Source: Balanoglossus misakiensis
Taxonomy: Eukaryota > Animalia > Hemichordata
Direction: 5' to 3'
Length of the DNA stretch: 64,000 nucleotides
Assembly (NCBI GenBank): GCA_040954595.2
Contig: CM082577.2
Location: 18,326,303 to 18,390,302 of the forward strand
The notes beneath the pieces were generated by a model. That model saw nothing but the letters and a program-made list of their open reading frames with translations, made no database searches and was not told the DNA's origin. Both the position numbers and the translations under genes were made by a program. Positions 13,311-27,418 of this stretch are shown here, piece after piece; positions within the stretch are counted from its first letter, which is position 1, and the number at the start of each line of letters is the position of its first letter.

Positions 13311-16300
13311 TATTATTATTCCCACTCTTAAAAACAGCCGCTATTCGAAGACCGTTGCACCCAATGACTTGAAATTTGGCTCATAGGTAAAACTCAAAGC
13401 AAGTAATTTTCTGATCATGTCACTATGGCAACAGGTCACATGACCTGGCAGCCATCTTGGATTTAAACATTTAAATTGGTCTCATTTGCATAAAAAATGA
13501 CGAATCCAAATTCTGTGCAGAAACTTTGTGGAATATGCCAAATTTCAATGTCTAAGTCCTTGCCGATTTTGAGGAGATGATTTTAAAGCATTATTTTTCA
13601 TATTTTCCATGACCATTGGACCCAGCCATTGGCCTATACTTTCCATGGTTAAGCTATGGCCACCTAGGATTTTAGATTTATGCCCAATATCTCAACATCC
13701 GCTGGGCTGATCAGTTTCAAATTTTGTGTGCAGCTAGCCAACCAACAGGGCTACAGGTCTGGTGTTTGTTGGACATGTACCAGTATGGTGTCAAATTTAT
13801 TCCCCAAATTTTGGGTGACCTTGGATGACCTTTGACCTATTTTCATATATCTCGGCATCCAGAGCAGGTACAGCTTAGGTGTTTGGACAGACGGGACCAA
13901 AATAAGAAGCCAAATTTTAGAGTCACCTGTGACACCTGCCTAACTCATTAATTATGTGCATACCTAATTCCAGGCAAACCAGTAGGGCTACAGGTCTAGT
14001 TTTTGTTGGACATGGACCAGTATAGCGTCAAAATGTTCTGCTCATACTTAGGGTGACCTCACGTGACCTTTGACCTATTTTCCCACATTTCAGCATCCAC
14101 AGCACATACACCCTTGGCATTTGGAGTGATAGAACAGCTAATGCAGTAATTAAATATGCACAAATCTATCTCCAGGCGAACCAATAGGGCTAGTAGTGTC
14201 TCGAAACCCACTTATTGCTGTTCACAGCTATATTTAGGGTTTCGAGACCAGAGGGGTCTCGAAACCCTCTTGAAATCGTGTTGTTTTTTATTATTATTAG
14301 GGTTTCGAGACCAGAGGGGTCTCGAAACCCTCTTGAAATCGTGTTGTTTTTTATTATTATTATTATTATTATTCTTCTTCCCACTTTTAAAAACAGCCGC
14401 TATTCAAAGACCGTTGCACCCAATGACTTGAAATTTGGCTCATAGGTAAAACTCAAAGCAAGTAATTTTCTGATCATGTCACTATGGCAACAGGTCACAT
14501 GACTTGGCAGCCATCTTGGATTTAAAATTTTAAATTGGTCTAATTTGCATAAAAAATGAAGAATCCAAATTCTGTTCAGAAACTTTGTGGACCATATGGC
14601 CAGGGTCCTATATGCCAAATTTCAATGTCTAAGTCCTTGCCGATTTTGAGGAGATGATTTTTAAAGCATTATTTTTCATATTTTCCATGACCATTGGACC
14701 AAGCCATTGGCCTATACTTTCCATGGTTAAGCAATGGCCCCCTAGGATTTTAGATTTATGCCCAATATCTCAACATCCGCTGGGCTGATCAGCTTCAAAT
14801 TTTGTGTGCAGCTAGCCTACCTTCCGACAATCATTTCCAACTGGAAAAAATAATATGGAAAATCGACCGATTTTTTTATATTAATTTTTTTATGAAATCT
14901 ATACCTATACTTATTCCACTATACTTAAGCTATGGCCACATAGTTTTGTAGAATTCTGGTCGGCGCAATAGTCTGCAGCATAGGACCAAAATAAGAAGCC
15001 AAATTTAAGGCTCACCTGTGACACCTGCTCAACTCATTAATTATGTGCATACCTAATTCCAGGCAAACAAATAGGGCTACAGGTCTGGTTTTTGTCGGAC
15101 ATGGACCAGTATGGGGTCAAATTTTTTCCCCAAATTTTGGGTGACCTTGGGTGACCTTTGACCTACTTTCGCATATCTCAGCATCCAGAGCAGGTACAGC
15201 TCAGGTGTTTGGGTGGATGGGACCAAAATAAGAAGCCAAATTTAAGGCTCACCTGTGACACCTGCTCAACTCATTAACTATGTGCATACCTAATTCCAGG
15301 CAAACCAATAGGGCTACAGGTCTGGTTTTTGTCGGACATGGACCAGTATGGGGTCAAATTTTTTCCCCAAATTTTGGGTGACCTTGGGTGACCTTTGACC
15401 TACTTTCGCATATCTCAGCATCCAGAGCAGATACAGCTTAGGTGTTTGGGTGGATGGGACCAAAATAAGAAGCCAAATTTAAGGCTCACCTGTGACACCT
15501 GCTTAACTCATTAACTATGTACATACCTAATTCCAGGCAAACCAATAGGGCTACAGGTCTGGTTTTTGTCGGACATGGACCAGTATGGGGTCACATTTTT
15601 CCCCCAAATTTTGGTTGACCTTGGGTGACCTTTGACCTACTTTCGCATACCTCAGCATCCAGAGCAGGTACAGCTTAGGTGTTTGGGTGGATGGGACCAA
15701 AATAAGAAGCCAAATTTAAGGCTCACCTGTGACACCTGCTTAACTCATTGACTATGTGCATACCTAATTCCAGGCAAACCAATAGGGCTACAGGTCTGGT
15801 TTTTGTCGGACATGGACCAGTATGGGGACAATTTTTTTTCTCAAACTTTGGATGTCCTTGGGTGACCTTTGACCTACTTTCACATATCTCGGCATCCAGA
15901 GCAGGTACAGCTTAGGTGTTTTGGTGGACGGGACCAAAATAAGAAGCCAAATTTTAGAGTCACCTGTGACACCTGCCTAACTCATTAATTATGTGCATAC
16001 CTAATTCCAGGCAAACCAGTAGGGCTACAGGTCTGGTTTTTGTTTGACATGGACCAGTATAGCGTAAACATTTTCTGCTCATATTAAGCGTGACCTCACG
16101 TGACCTTTGACCTACTTTTCCACATCTCAGCATCCACAGCACATACACCCTTGGCATTTGGAGTGATAGAACAACTAATGCAGTAATTAAATATGCACAA
16201 ATCTATCTCCAGGCGAACCAATAGGGCTAGTAGTGTCTCGAAACCCGCTTATTGCTGTTCACAGCTATATTTATTATTATTATTATTATTATTATTCTTC

Positions 16301-19300
16301 TTCCCACTTTTAAAAACAGCCGCTATTCGAAGACCGTTGCACCCAATGACTTGAAATTTGGCTCATAGGTAAAACTCAAAGCAAGTAATTTTTTGATCAT
16401 GTCACTATGGCAACAGGTCACATGACCTGGCAGCCATCTTGGATTTAAACTTTTAAATTGGTCTAATTTGCATAAAAAATGAAGAATCCAAATTCTGTTC
16501 AGAAACTTTGTGGACCATATGGCCAGGGTCCTATATGCCAAATTTCAATGTCTAAGTCCTTGCCGATTTTGAGGAGATGATTTTTTAAGCATTATTTTTC
16601 ATATTTTCCATGACCATTGGACCCAGCCATTGGCCTATACTTTCCATGGTTAAGCAATGGCCCCCTAGGATTTTAGATTTATGCCCAATATCTCAACATC
16701 CGCTGGGCTGATCAGCTTCAAATTTTGTGTGCAGCTAGCCTACCTTCCGACAATCAGTTCCAACTGGAAAAATAATATGGAAAATCGACCGATTTTTTTA
16801 TATTAATTTTTTTATGAAATCTATACCTATACTTATTCCACTATACTTAAGCTATGGCCACATAGTTTTGTAGAATTCTGGTCGGTGCAATAGTCTGCAG
16901 CATAGGACCAAAATAAGAAGCCAAATTTAGGGCTCACCTGTGACACCTGCTCAACTCATTAATTATGTGCATACCTAATTCCAGGCAAACCAATAGGGCT
17001 ACAGGTCTGGTTTTTGTCGGACATGGACCAGTATGGGGTCAAATTTTTTCCCCAAATTTTGGGTGACCTTGGGTGACCTTTGACCTACTTTCGCATATCT
17101 CAGCATCCAGAGCAGATACAGCTTAGGTGTTTGGGTGGATGGGACCAAAATAAGAAGCCAAATTTAAGGCTCACCTGTGACACCTGCTTAACTCATTAAG
17201 TATGTGCATACCTAATTCCAGGCAAACCAATAGGGCTACAGGTCTGGTTTTTGTCGGACATGGACCAGTATGGGGTCAAATTTTCCCCCCAAATTTTGGG
17301 TGACCTTGGGTGACCTTTGACCTACTTTCGCATACCTCAGCATCCAGAGCAGGTACAGCTTAGGTGTTTGGGTGGATGGGACCAAAATAAGAAGCCAAAT
17401 TTAAGGCTCACCTGTGACACCTGCTTAACTCATTAACTATGTGCATACCTAATTCCAGGCAAACCAATAGGGCTACAGGTCTGGTTTTTGTCGGACATGG
17501 ACCAGTATGGGGACAATTTTTTTTCCCAAACTTTGGATGTCCTTGGGTGACCTTTGACCTACTTTCACATATCTCGGCATCCAGAGCAGGTACAGCTTAG
17601 GTGTTTGGGTGGACGGGACCAAAATAAGAAGCCAAATTTTAGAGTCACCTGTGACACCTGCCTAACTCATTAATTATGTGCATACCTTATTCCAGGCAAA
17701 CCAGTAGGGCTACAGGTCTGGTTTTTGTTTGACATGGACCAGTATAGCGTAAACATTTTCTGCTCATATTAAGCGTGACCTCACGTGACCTTTGACCTAC
17801 TTTTCCACATCTCAGCATCCACAGCACATACACCCTTGGCATTTGGAGTGATAGAACAACTAATGCAGTAATTAAATATGCACAAATCTATCTCCAGGCG
17901 AACCAATAGGGCTAGTAGTGTCTCGAAACCCGCTTATTGCTGTTCACAGCTATATTTTATTATTATTTTTATTATTATTATTATTATTCCCACTCTTAAA
18001 AACAGCCGCTATTCGAAGACCGTTGCACCCAATGACTTGAAATTTGGCTCATAGGTAAAACTCAAAGCAAGTAATTTTCTGATCATGTCATTATGGCAAC
18101 AGGTCACATGACCTGGCAGCCATCTTGGATTTAAACTTTTAAATTGGTCTCATTTGCATAAAAAATGAAGAATCCAAATTCTGTTCAGAAACTTTGTGGA
18201 CCATATGGCCAGGGTCCTATATGCCAAATTTCAATGTCTAAGTCCTTGCCGATTTTGAGGAGATGATTTTTAAAGCATTATTTTTCATATTTTCCATGAC
18301 CATTGGACCCAGCCATTGGCCTATACTTTCCATGGTTAAGCTATGGCCCCCTAGGATTTTAGATTTATGCCCAATATCTCAACATCCGCTGGGCTGATCA
18401 GCTTCAAATTTTGTGTGCAGCTAGCCTACCTTCCGACAATCAGTTCCAACTGGACAAAATAATATGAAAAATCGACCGATTTTTTATATTAATTTTTTTA
18501 TGAAATCTATACCTATACTTATTCCACTATACTTAAGCTATGGCCACATAGTTTTGTAGAATTCTGGTCGGTGCAATAGTCTGCAGCATAGGACCAAAAT
18601 AAGAAGCCAAATTTAAGGCTCACCTGTGACACCTGCTCAACTCATTAATTATGTGCATACCTAATTCCAGGCAAACCAATAGGGCTACAGGTCTGGTTTT
18701 TGTCGGACATGGACCAGTATGGGGTCAAATTTTCCCCCCAAATTTTGGGTGACCTTGGGTTACCTTTAACCTACTTTCGCATATCTCAGCATCCAGAGCA
18801 GGTACAGCTCAGGTGTTTGGGTGGATGGGACCAAACTAAGAAGCCAAATTTAAAGATCACCTGTGACACATGCTCAACTCATTAATTATGTGCATACTTA
18901 ATTCCAGGCAAACCAATAGGGCTACAGGTGTGGTTTTTGTTGGACATGTACCAGTATGGTGTCAAATTTATTCCCCAAATTTTGGGTGACCTTGGGTGAC
19001 CTTCGACCTATTTTCATATATCTTGGCATCTATAGCAGGTACAGTTTAGGTCTTTGGATGGATGGGACCAAAATAAGAAGCCAAATTTTAGGGTCACCTG
19101 TGACACCTGCTGAACTCATTAATTATGTGCATACCTAATTCCAGGCCAACCAACAGGGCTACAGGTCTGGTGTTTGTTGGACATGTACCAGTATGGTGTC
19201 AAATTTATTCCCCAAATTTTGGGTGACCTTGGATGACCTTTGACCTATTTTCATATATCTTGGCATCTATAGCAGGTACAGTTTAGGTCTTTGGATGGAT

Positions 19301-22031
19301 GGGACCAAAATAAGAAGCCAAATTTTAGGGTCACCTGTGACACCTGCTGAACTCATTAATTATGTGCATACCTAATTCCAGGCCAACCAACAGGGCTACA
19401 GGTCTGGTGTTTGTTGGACATGTACCAGTATGGTGTCAAATTTATTCCCCAAATTTTGGGTGACCTTGGATGACCTTTGACCTATTTTCATATATCTTGG
19501 CATCCAGAGCAGGTACAGCTTAGGCGTTTGGACTGATGGGACCAAAATAAGAAACCACATTTTAGGGTCACCTGTGACACCTGCCTAACTCATTAATTAT
19601 GTGCATACCTAATCCCAGGCAAACCAATAGGGCTACAGGTCTGGTTTTAGATGAACATGGACCAGTATGGGGTCAAAATTTATTGCCCAAATTGTGGGTG
19701 ACCTTGGATGACCTTTGACCTATTTTCATATATCTTGGCATCCAGAGCAGGTACAGCTTAGGCGTTTGGACTGATGGGACCCAGGGTTTTACATGACGCG
19801 CATTTCTGCGTCCTTTACGCAAAAAACTGGGCGTGGGACCCGTCAAAAACTAAACCATGCGTCCCTTGGGACGCATGAAATATGTCTATTGTTGAGACCC
19901 TTGTTTCCTGATATCTAATGGGTGTACGCGTACACAGAGAGTCAATTAAACAGTTAATGACCTTATGACCTGTAATCGATACTGATAACAATTTCATAGC
20001 AAACTTGTAGCAAACTTGGTTTATTGTTGAATTTGATACAGTTTACGTACACGCAGTCACCCTCTTGGGAATTATAAGTTACACTGCGATATCACGCCTA
20101 TATCGCACTTTGCTGTGTGCAAGCAGTGAACTACCGTGACTCCTATTGCTCTGAAACCGTCCATGAGTACCAGCAGTCTTAGTTTTGTTGAAAACCCTGA
20201 ACTTAAACTTTAAATATAGATTCAGCTGCAAATTTCTCGAATAAGACTATAAGAAGACAAGTTGAGAGTACATGTACTGGTATTCTCCATATTATATACT
20301 TTAGGTCAAAGGGTCACTCATAAGTTGATGTTCAAGATGGGACCCCTAGCCATACTACAGTTGATCTTGGAATTACTCCCTATATCTTGTAGACAATATC
20401 ATTTTATGATTTGGATAGGTATTGATTCTTACAACCGTTGCCCATTCACAGAAGGATTTTCTAATTTCCAGCATTGATAAAATGATAAAATATTCTGGTG
20501 AAATAAATTGGGACCCCCATGGTTTGATGTAGGACCCCCATTTTTCAACACTAGGAGTCCCAGGGACTCCCAAAAGTAAAAAGTGATGTAAAACCCTGTG
20601 GGACCAAAATAAGAAACCACATTTTAGGGTCACCTGTGACACCTGCTTAACTCATTAATTATGTGCATACCTAATCCCAGGCAAACCAATAGGGCTACAG
20701 GTCTGGTTTTAGATGAACATGGACCAGTATGGGGTCAAAATTTATTGCCCAAATTGTGGGTGACCTTGGATGACCTTTGACCTACTTTGACATATCTCGG
20801 CATCCAGAGCAGGTACAGTTTAGGTGTTTGGACGGATGGGACCAAAATAAGAAGCTAAATTTTAGAGTCACCTATGACACCTGCCTAACTCATTAATTAT
20901 GTGCATACCTAATTCCAGGCAAACCAGTAGGGCTACAGGTCTGGTTTTTGTTGGACATGGACCAGTATAGCGTAACAATTTTCTGCTCATATTAAGCGTG
21001 ACCTCACGTGACCTTTGACCTACTTTTCCACATCTCAGCATCCACAGCACATACACCCTTGGCATTTGGAGTGATAGAACAACTAATGCAGTAATTAAAT
21101 ATGCACAAATCTATCTCCAGGCGAACCACTAGGGCTAGTAGTGTCTCGAAACCCGCTTATTGCTGTTCACAGCTATATTTATTATTATTCCCACTCTTAA
21201 AAACAGCCGCTATTCGAAGACCGTTGCAACAGGTCACATGACCTGGCAGCCATCTTGGATTTAAACATTTAAATTGGTCTCATTTGCATAAAAAATGACG
21301 AATCCAAATTCTGTGCAGAAACTTTGTGGACCATATGGCCAGGGTCCTATATGCCAAATTTCAATGTCTAAGTCCTTGCCGATTTTGAGGAGATGATTTT
21401 AAAGCATTATTTTTCATATTTTCCATGACCATTGGACCCAGCCATTGGCCTATACTTTCCATGGTTAAGCTATGGCCACCTAGGGTTTTAGATTTATGCC
21501 CAATATCTCAACATCCGCTGGGCTGATCAGTTTCAAATTTTGTGTGCAGCTAGCCAACCAACAGGGCTACAGGTCTGGTGTTTGTTGGACATGTACCAGT
21601 ATGGAGTCAAATTTATTCCCCAAATTTTGGGTGACCTTGGATGACCTTTGACCTATTTTCATATATCTTGGCATCCAGAGCAGGTACAGCTTAGTTGTTT
21701 GGACGGATGGGACCAAAATAAGAAGCCAAATTTTAGAGTCACCTATGACACCTGTCTAACTCATTAATTATGTGCATACCTAATTCCAGGTAAACCAGTA
21801 GGGCTACAGGTCTGGTTTTTGTTGGACATGGACCAGTATAGCGTCAAAATGTTCTGCTCATACTTAGGGTGACCTCACGTGACCTTTAACCTATTTTCCC
21901 ACATTTCAGCATCCACAGCACATACACCCTTGGCATTTGGAGTTTTAGAACAACTAATGCAGTCCTACACCCTGCCTAATTAAATATGCACATATCTATC
22001 TCCAGGCGAACCAATAGGGCTAGTAGTGTCT
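13311..22031 (+). mobile_element. Nest of type-B HINE-like elements (heads at 14236 and 14299; bodies ending at ~14235, 16271, 17956, 21180 and cut at 22031)
   Basis: Head AGGGTTTCGAGACC-AGAGG-GGTCTCGAAACCCT, (ATT)n microsatellite, ~237-bp repeats, tail GTCTCGAAACCC...GCTGTTCACAGC-TATATT. Confidence 0.85.
19782..20598. mobile_element. Non-autonomous TIR DNA transposon (hAT- or P-like MITE), 817 bp
   Basis: Perfect 13-bp TIR CAGGGTTTTACAT...ATGTAAAACCCTG and a 7-bp TSD TGGGACC. It interrupts a satellite monomer whose empty site is visible in sister copies. Confidence 0.9.
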
Positions 22032-22059
22032 TATGGCGCGTAATCGAGGCCAAAATTAA

Positions 22060-22545
22060 CACCTCACTTTTTGAGTGAAACGCCTTCGTTTTGAGTGAAA
22101 CGCATTTGAATCGGACTCAACCTCATTTGATTTGAACGTCAACACTTTTGAATCGCCGAGGACCACATTCCTTTTGAGCTGAAACGCATTTGAATCGGAC
22201 TCAACCTCATTTGATTTGAACGTCAACACTTTTGAATCGCCAAGGACCACATTCCTTTTGAGCTGAAACGCATTTGAATCGGACTCCCCAGCATTGGCTT
22301 TGAAGGTCGACACTTTTGAATCGCCGAGGACCACATTTCTTTTGACTGAAACGCATTTGAATCGGACTCAACGTCATTTGAGTTGGGACAAACCATTTTT
22401 GACTTGGAGTACAATGCATTTGATTTGAGTGACGATACTTTTGAGTTGAGACAAACCGTGTTTGAATTTGAGTCCACCGCATTCCATTTGAGGCTCAACT
22501 TGTGAATGGGACACCATCTCATTTGATTTGACTCAGGTTTTTCTT
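22060..22545 (+). repeat. Subterminal array, ~84-bp units built from ~21-bp TTTGA-containing subunits
   Basis: GAAACGCATTTGAATCGGACTC at 22097, 22181, 22265 and 22348, degenerating to the right. Confidence 0.9.
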
Positions 22546-24887
22546 CCAATTGATTGTACCAGAATGTGGCTCTCCGTAAAACAACCCTTCTCTGTAGCGG
22601 TTAGCTTTGCCCAGACAACGTGAAACGTCACAAAGCGTCATGCCCTAAGTCACATGACGTCATTAATATATACAGGTGTTTTCTGTTACTGAACTGGGGG
22701 GTCTGGAAGGACTGACCCGGAAGTGCAGTGGCCAGTGCTAGTTTCCTGTTACGAAGGCCAAACTCTTCTGCACAATGGATTACGAAGTCATTCGCACGCA
22801 GATTGTTTCCAATCTGAACAATATAATACATGGACTGGAAAATGATTGCCCAAGCGATAGAGTTGGCGGCTTAGCAACTAGGTGCGAAAGTATGGCGCTA
22901 TCGTTGTCTTGGTTAAACTCTGTGGGTTTGTGTGATGAACGTGTAAGTCAACTTGTACGAGAGGCTCAGAATGAATTGCAAGAGGTTGATGACGTATCTG
23001 ACGAGTCATACCAGTCACCAATTGTACAAGCTGGTACGGCAGGAAGACCACCCTATTTCATACGTGAAGAACAGTTAAGGTTTTTGATTGAGATGGGTTT
23101 CTCTTCTACTAAGATCGGGAACATGTTGGGAGTTAGTGGACGCACAGTGAGACGCAGACTAAGGTCATACCAGATTTCCATTGTTAAAACGTATACTACT
23201 CTAACTGATGAAGAACTGGATGGGAACGTGCGAGAAATACTACGCGACTTTCCAAATTGTGGTTACCGGAGAATGGCGGGGTTCCTTCTGGAGAGAAACT
23301 TGCGCATTCAGCAAACTCGAATAAGAGATGCGTTGTGCAGAGTTGATGCTTGTGGTGTTCTGTTGCGTGCTTTGGAGATACGACAAACACCGAGACGGGC
23401 ATACAGCGTACGCTCCCCTCTAGCACTCTGGCACATTGATGGAAATCACAAACTAATTAGGTGAGTAAGATGACTAACCTTCATGTGCAATGCATTTACT
23501 CTGTGACATTACATTGAAATTACTGCAGTGACATGCAAAACTGGACATTAATTGTCATTGTTTATTCTGTCAGTACATGTATACAATAACACAAGTTTTA
23601 ATATATTTTAATTTCAGAAACCATGTTACTATTGCATGGTACTATCACACCGGAATTTTGTTTTCTTTTGCACTGCAGGTGGCGCTTTGTGATACATGGT
23701 GGGATTGATGGGTATACTAGGAAAATAATGTACCTCCACTGCAGTGCAGACAACAGAGCACAGACAGTGCTTTCCCAGTTTAAACCTGCAGTGGACTTGT
23801 ATGGTTTACCATCACGTGTCAGATCAGACAAGGGGTTGGAGAATGTAGCGGTAGCAAAATTCATGCTGAATCATCCTGACAGGGGCTGTGGAAGAGGCAG
23901 CCATATCGCAGGTAGTAGTGTACACAACCAGAGGATTGAAAGACTTTGGCGGGATATGTTTTCTGGTTGCGCATATTTATTTTATGATTTATTATATCAA
24001 CTGGAAGAACAGAGATTACTGGACCCAACAAATGAGGTACATTTGTTTTGTGTCCACTTTGTTTTCTTGCCAAGAATTAATAAAGCCCTGCAGCTATTTA
24101 AGGGTGGCTGGGATGCACATGGAATACGAACAGCTGGGCATCTGAGTCCTAATCAGTTATGGATTGATGGTCTTCTACGCATTGCCAATTCAACTGGTAC
24201 CATATCCAGAGAAGTCTTCAGTTTAGCACCAGAGGTAGGACTTTGAATGAAACAGAAATATGCTTCTTAGGTTTTCAGTGTTTAAAATATCACCATGATC
24301 GTATGTTCAACTAGGAAGAATTTACAACTGTTATTGAATTCGTTTTAAATTTCACTGGAATGTGGCATCCAAGCCCTGCCACAACCTCACTGTACATAAC
24401 TGTGTAAGCAAATACGCCATGTTGCAGCTTTACAGCTCTGTCACAGCCAAATGACCACTTTGCTGTCACAGATCTGTACCACATGGTTGTGACTAGAGCT
24501 GTGGCACAGGTACAATGCTATGTAAACATGCCTGTCACAGGGTCCATCAGAATGTAATAGTAAATATGCTTCCAAAATTTACAAACCTCCCAACAGGCCC
24601 TGAAAATTCAACCCTGGCACAACATCCAGACAATACACCACTGCTTGAATGCAGTGATCACAGTGTGGGCACATACAGAAATGACTAAAAAGTACACACT
24701 CTCATGTACCACCAGAACTGTTTCAGGTTTGTTAATATAGCCCTATAAAAAGGGATTACCAGTATTTGAAATACCCTGTATTCAGGCTCAGGGTGATACA
24801 GACAGGTTCTGTATCTGCCTGTGGTTTTCTTTCTGTGCAGTAAGAGTAACTATTGAATGTTTGTCATTGATTTTACTTGCAGGATAT

Positions 24888-25792
24888 TTACATATAATCC
24901 CATGATATCTTTCTTTGTTTGACGTCATCGTATACGAGTGGTTTTCGCGGAGCAGTGCAACTTCGAGCCGCAGGCGAGAAGTTGTACGCTTCCGCGAAAA
25001 CCACGAGTATACGATGACGTTAAACAAAGAAAGATATCATGGGATTATATATTTATCACATGAACAGTCTTCTTATTTTTCGTTAGAAGAGGCAGGACTA
25101 AAACAATTCAGTACCTTGCAACAATTTTGGAGCGGTGTCGTATTTTACTGAGCGGGATTATGTCCCCCAGGAGATATATGTTGGGAGATTTTATGAATGA
25201 TCAGCGATAGTTCATCATTTGCATATACGCAAATGGTGAACTATCGCTGATCATTCATAAAATCTCCCAACAAGTCGTCCCGTTGAGTTCCGTTCGCTCG
25301 AAGTTCGGCCTTACACAAATGTAATCGATTCTCTAACAATTTTACTGCAACCTGTTGCCACGTCTTATACATTTCGTTGACCGGTGCAATAGAGAGGTTC
25401 AGTCGTCACGCTGAACTGGCTCGAAACAATTCCCCACACTGATTCGACTCGGAACGTACCGGACTTGCGCCTAGCCTATGGCTATGTACACCTGACCCAA
25501 AACATTGACAGCCACGATCGTCCATGATCGTTGCGTCGACTGTCTTCTTTCCAAATTCCACCTTTCTGTTTTGAGCTTACAAAGCGTTATTGTCATGGAA
25601 CCGTAATTTTTTTATTTCATTTCTGTATTGTAAATGCCGCGCGCTACACGTACTGTTTCTGTTTGACAACAAAGCTACGGCGAATCGGTGGAAATAGTTC
25701 CGGTTGATGACGTAACACAGGGGTGATCAGGATTTTTGATCTGTCCTGGTCTACGTCACACAGGTGGTGATCAGGGCCAGTTCATGTGATAA
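24888..25792. mobile_element. Non-autonomous Crypton-like element (long terminal hairpin plus sub-TIRs)
   Basis: ~157-bp hairpin at 24893-25049 centred on GCCGCAGGC, then TTATCACATGAAC (25053) inverted with GTTCATGTGATAA (25780-25792). Removing it restores GAT ATT GAC TCT TAT in the transposase exon with no clear TSD. The family call rests on architecture only. Confidence 0.65.
25180..25271. repeat. 92-bp near-perfect palindrome
   Basis: GTTGGGAGATTTTATGAATGATCAGCGATAGTTCA...TGAACTATCGCTGATCATTCATAAAATCTCCCAAC. Confidence 0.95.
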
Positions 25793-26391
25793 TGACTCTT
25801 ATGGTGTTGACTGGAACGGTCCTATGCCTTCACCAACATATGGATCATCAACTGAATCTGATGAGGTGGTAGTACCAGGCATCCCACAACAGCTGACAGA
25901 AGAATAATGGGAGGAGCTGTGTGTCTTGATAGACCCACTCTCAACGTCAGATTGTCATGGAATTGACATATATTTACAGACACTTAATGTTGTGAATGCC
26001 TTTTTAAGGTAGGGGACTACCCAGACGCAAAGTATTTCGGCCTGTTTCTGATGCCTGTACATTCTCATTCAGCCATCTTGAGTAGTAAATACATTGTGTG
26101 TATGCATTAGCTCTTCTCTCCCACTTTATTTGTATGACTGATTTATTAACCTAGGGTTCATAAACAAAAGCCACTCTAAATTACAGGGCTTTCTGTGATT
26201 TCCAAGAGGTTTTCCATGATAATCAATGTTTTACAGCAGCATCAGTAGCTGAATCATTTTTGACAGGAAGTTATGTGAGGGTTTGTCGGGAACAATGAAA
26301 CCAGAATGGAATAAAATTACATCAAGAATGTTTGATCATACTCTCAAAGGAGGATTTTATTTAAAACAATAACAAGTTCAACAATTGTTAA

Positions 26392-26721
26392 AACCCCATT
26401 AGCTGTATCTTTTTTGCATTTTGCCAACCAAAAATATTATCCAATCTTCAGAGATATGTTGTATATTTCTGGCATTAAGCCACATTGCCTTTGAAAATGT
26501 TTCAATACATGGTGATGGATTGGGTCGCTCAAATTCAGGCACTTACGAGTACTCACTGGTGGCGGCCATATTTGGCTTGCAAGCCAAAAATTATTTATTT
26601 GTTTAAACCAATTTTTTGAACACTTTCTGTGGTTACACTTTGGAAAGCATTTTTACAAAAATTGCTTTGACGTCATATCATCATGTAGAAAACAATACAA
26701 AAAGATACAGCTAATGGGGCT
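26392..26721. mobile_element. Kolobok-like MITE
   Basis: TIR A(A/G)CCCCATTAGCTGTATCTTTT, flanked by TTAA at 26388-26391 and 26722-26725. RR..YY termini. Confidence 0.85.
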
Positions 26722-26961
26722 TTAAGTGTAATGTAAAACACAGCATGCACAATTAGGCAGTCTGTAAACATGGCAACACAAACAACATAACTTTCGTAAG
26801 ATGTAAAACAAAATGACTGACAATATTTTCACAAAACAGGTTTCAACATTGACTATATCATAGGCATCCGAGGTAGTCTCACCTTTGTCATTTTCACTAC
26901 TGAAGTGCTTTCAGTCCATCCAGTGGTCCCTATTAAAGGGGACCTTCTGTTCGAGAGTTAA

Positions 26962-27418
26962 TATTGAACACCTATTGCCTGGCCATGAGGGCCATAGCGG
27001 CCGTTTATTACCCACGAGGGGCTGTGAGTTACCAGAATCACATGCTATTTCCCGAGGCCGCAGGCCGAGGGAAATAGCATATGATTCTGGTAACTCACAG
27101 TCACGAGGGGGTAAAAACGGCTGCTATGGCCCGAATATAGGCCAGGCTATAGGTGTTTTATAATAAACCTCATGCTAACAGCTGGGAAAATCTTGCAATT
27201 TTCTCTTGAGGTTGGCACACGACATCTTCCGCGGTGGCCATTGTGTCAGACGACGCGACGCTGATTGACGTGACCGAGTCTGCGCACTCACGCTGGTCAC
27301 GTGACCGGTTTATATTTTTTCTGCTATTTCCCTAGCGGTTCATAGTCGATTCTATTTTCCTATCACATGACGGATTCTGGCGAATCACGGCACAGTATTA
27401 GCATGAGGTATATTATAA
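26962..27418. mobile_element. Second Crypton-like non-autonomous element
   Basis: ~195-bp imperfect hairpin at 26965-27157 centred on GGCCGCAGGCC, then TTATAATAAACCTCATGCTAA inverted with TTAGCATGAGGTATATTATAA. A related relic lies near 29100-29228. Confidence 0.65.

Larger units (their letters stand above)
1..22031. repeat. ~237-239-bp satellite monomer carried inside the HINE-like elements
   Basis: Recurring motifs GGTCACCTGTGACACCTGC, CATTAATTATGTGCATACCTAATT, CATGGACCAGTAT and GGTGACCTTTGACCTAC. Example spacings: 5306/5544/5783 and 15103/15340. Confidence 0.95.
22775..26012 (+). pseudogene. IS3EU/IS3-like DDE transposase, 3 exons (22775-23460, 23679-24234, 24883-24887 joined to 25793-26012)
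   Basis: HTH (IGNMLGVSGRTVRRRL), WHIDGNHKLIR|[32 protein letters not shown] and C-terminal YGVDWNGP. GT-AG introns are in compatible phases. Exon 3 is split by an insertion and has an in-frame TAA at 25905-25907. Confidence 0.85.

Noticed and set aside
955-22549. Many short ORFs in the satellite and subterminal repeat region
   Set aside because: They are translations of microsatellites and repeats with no protein motifs, recurring only because the DNA is repeated.
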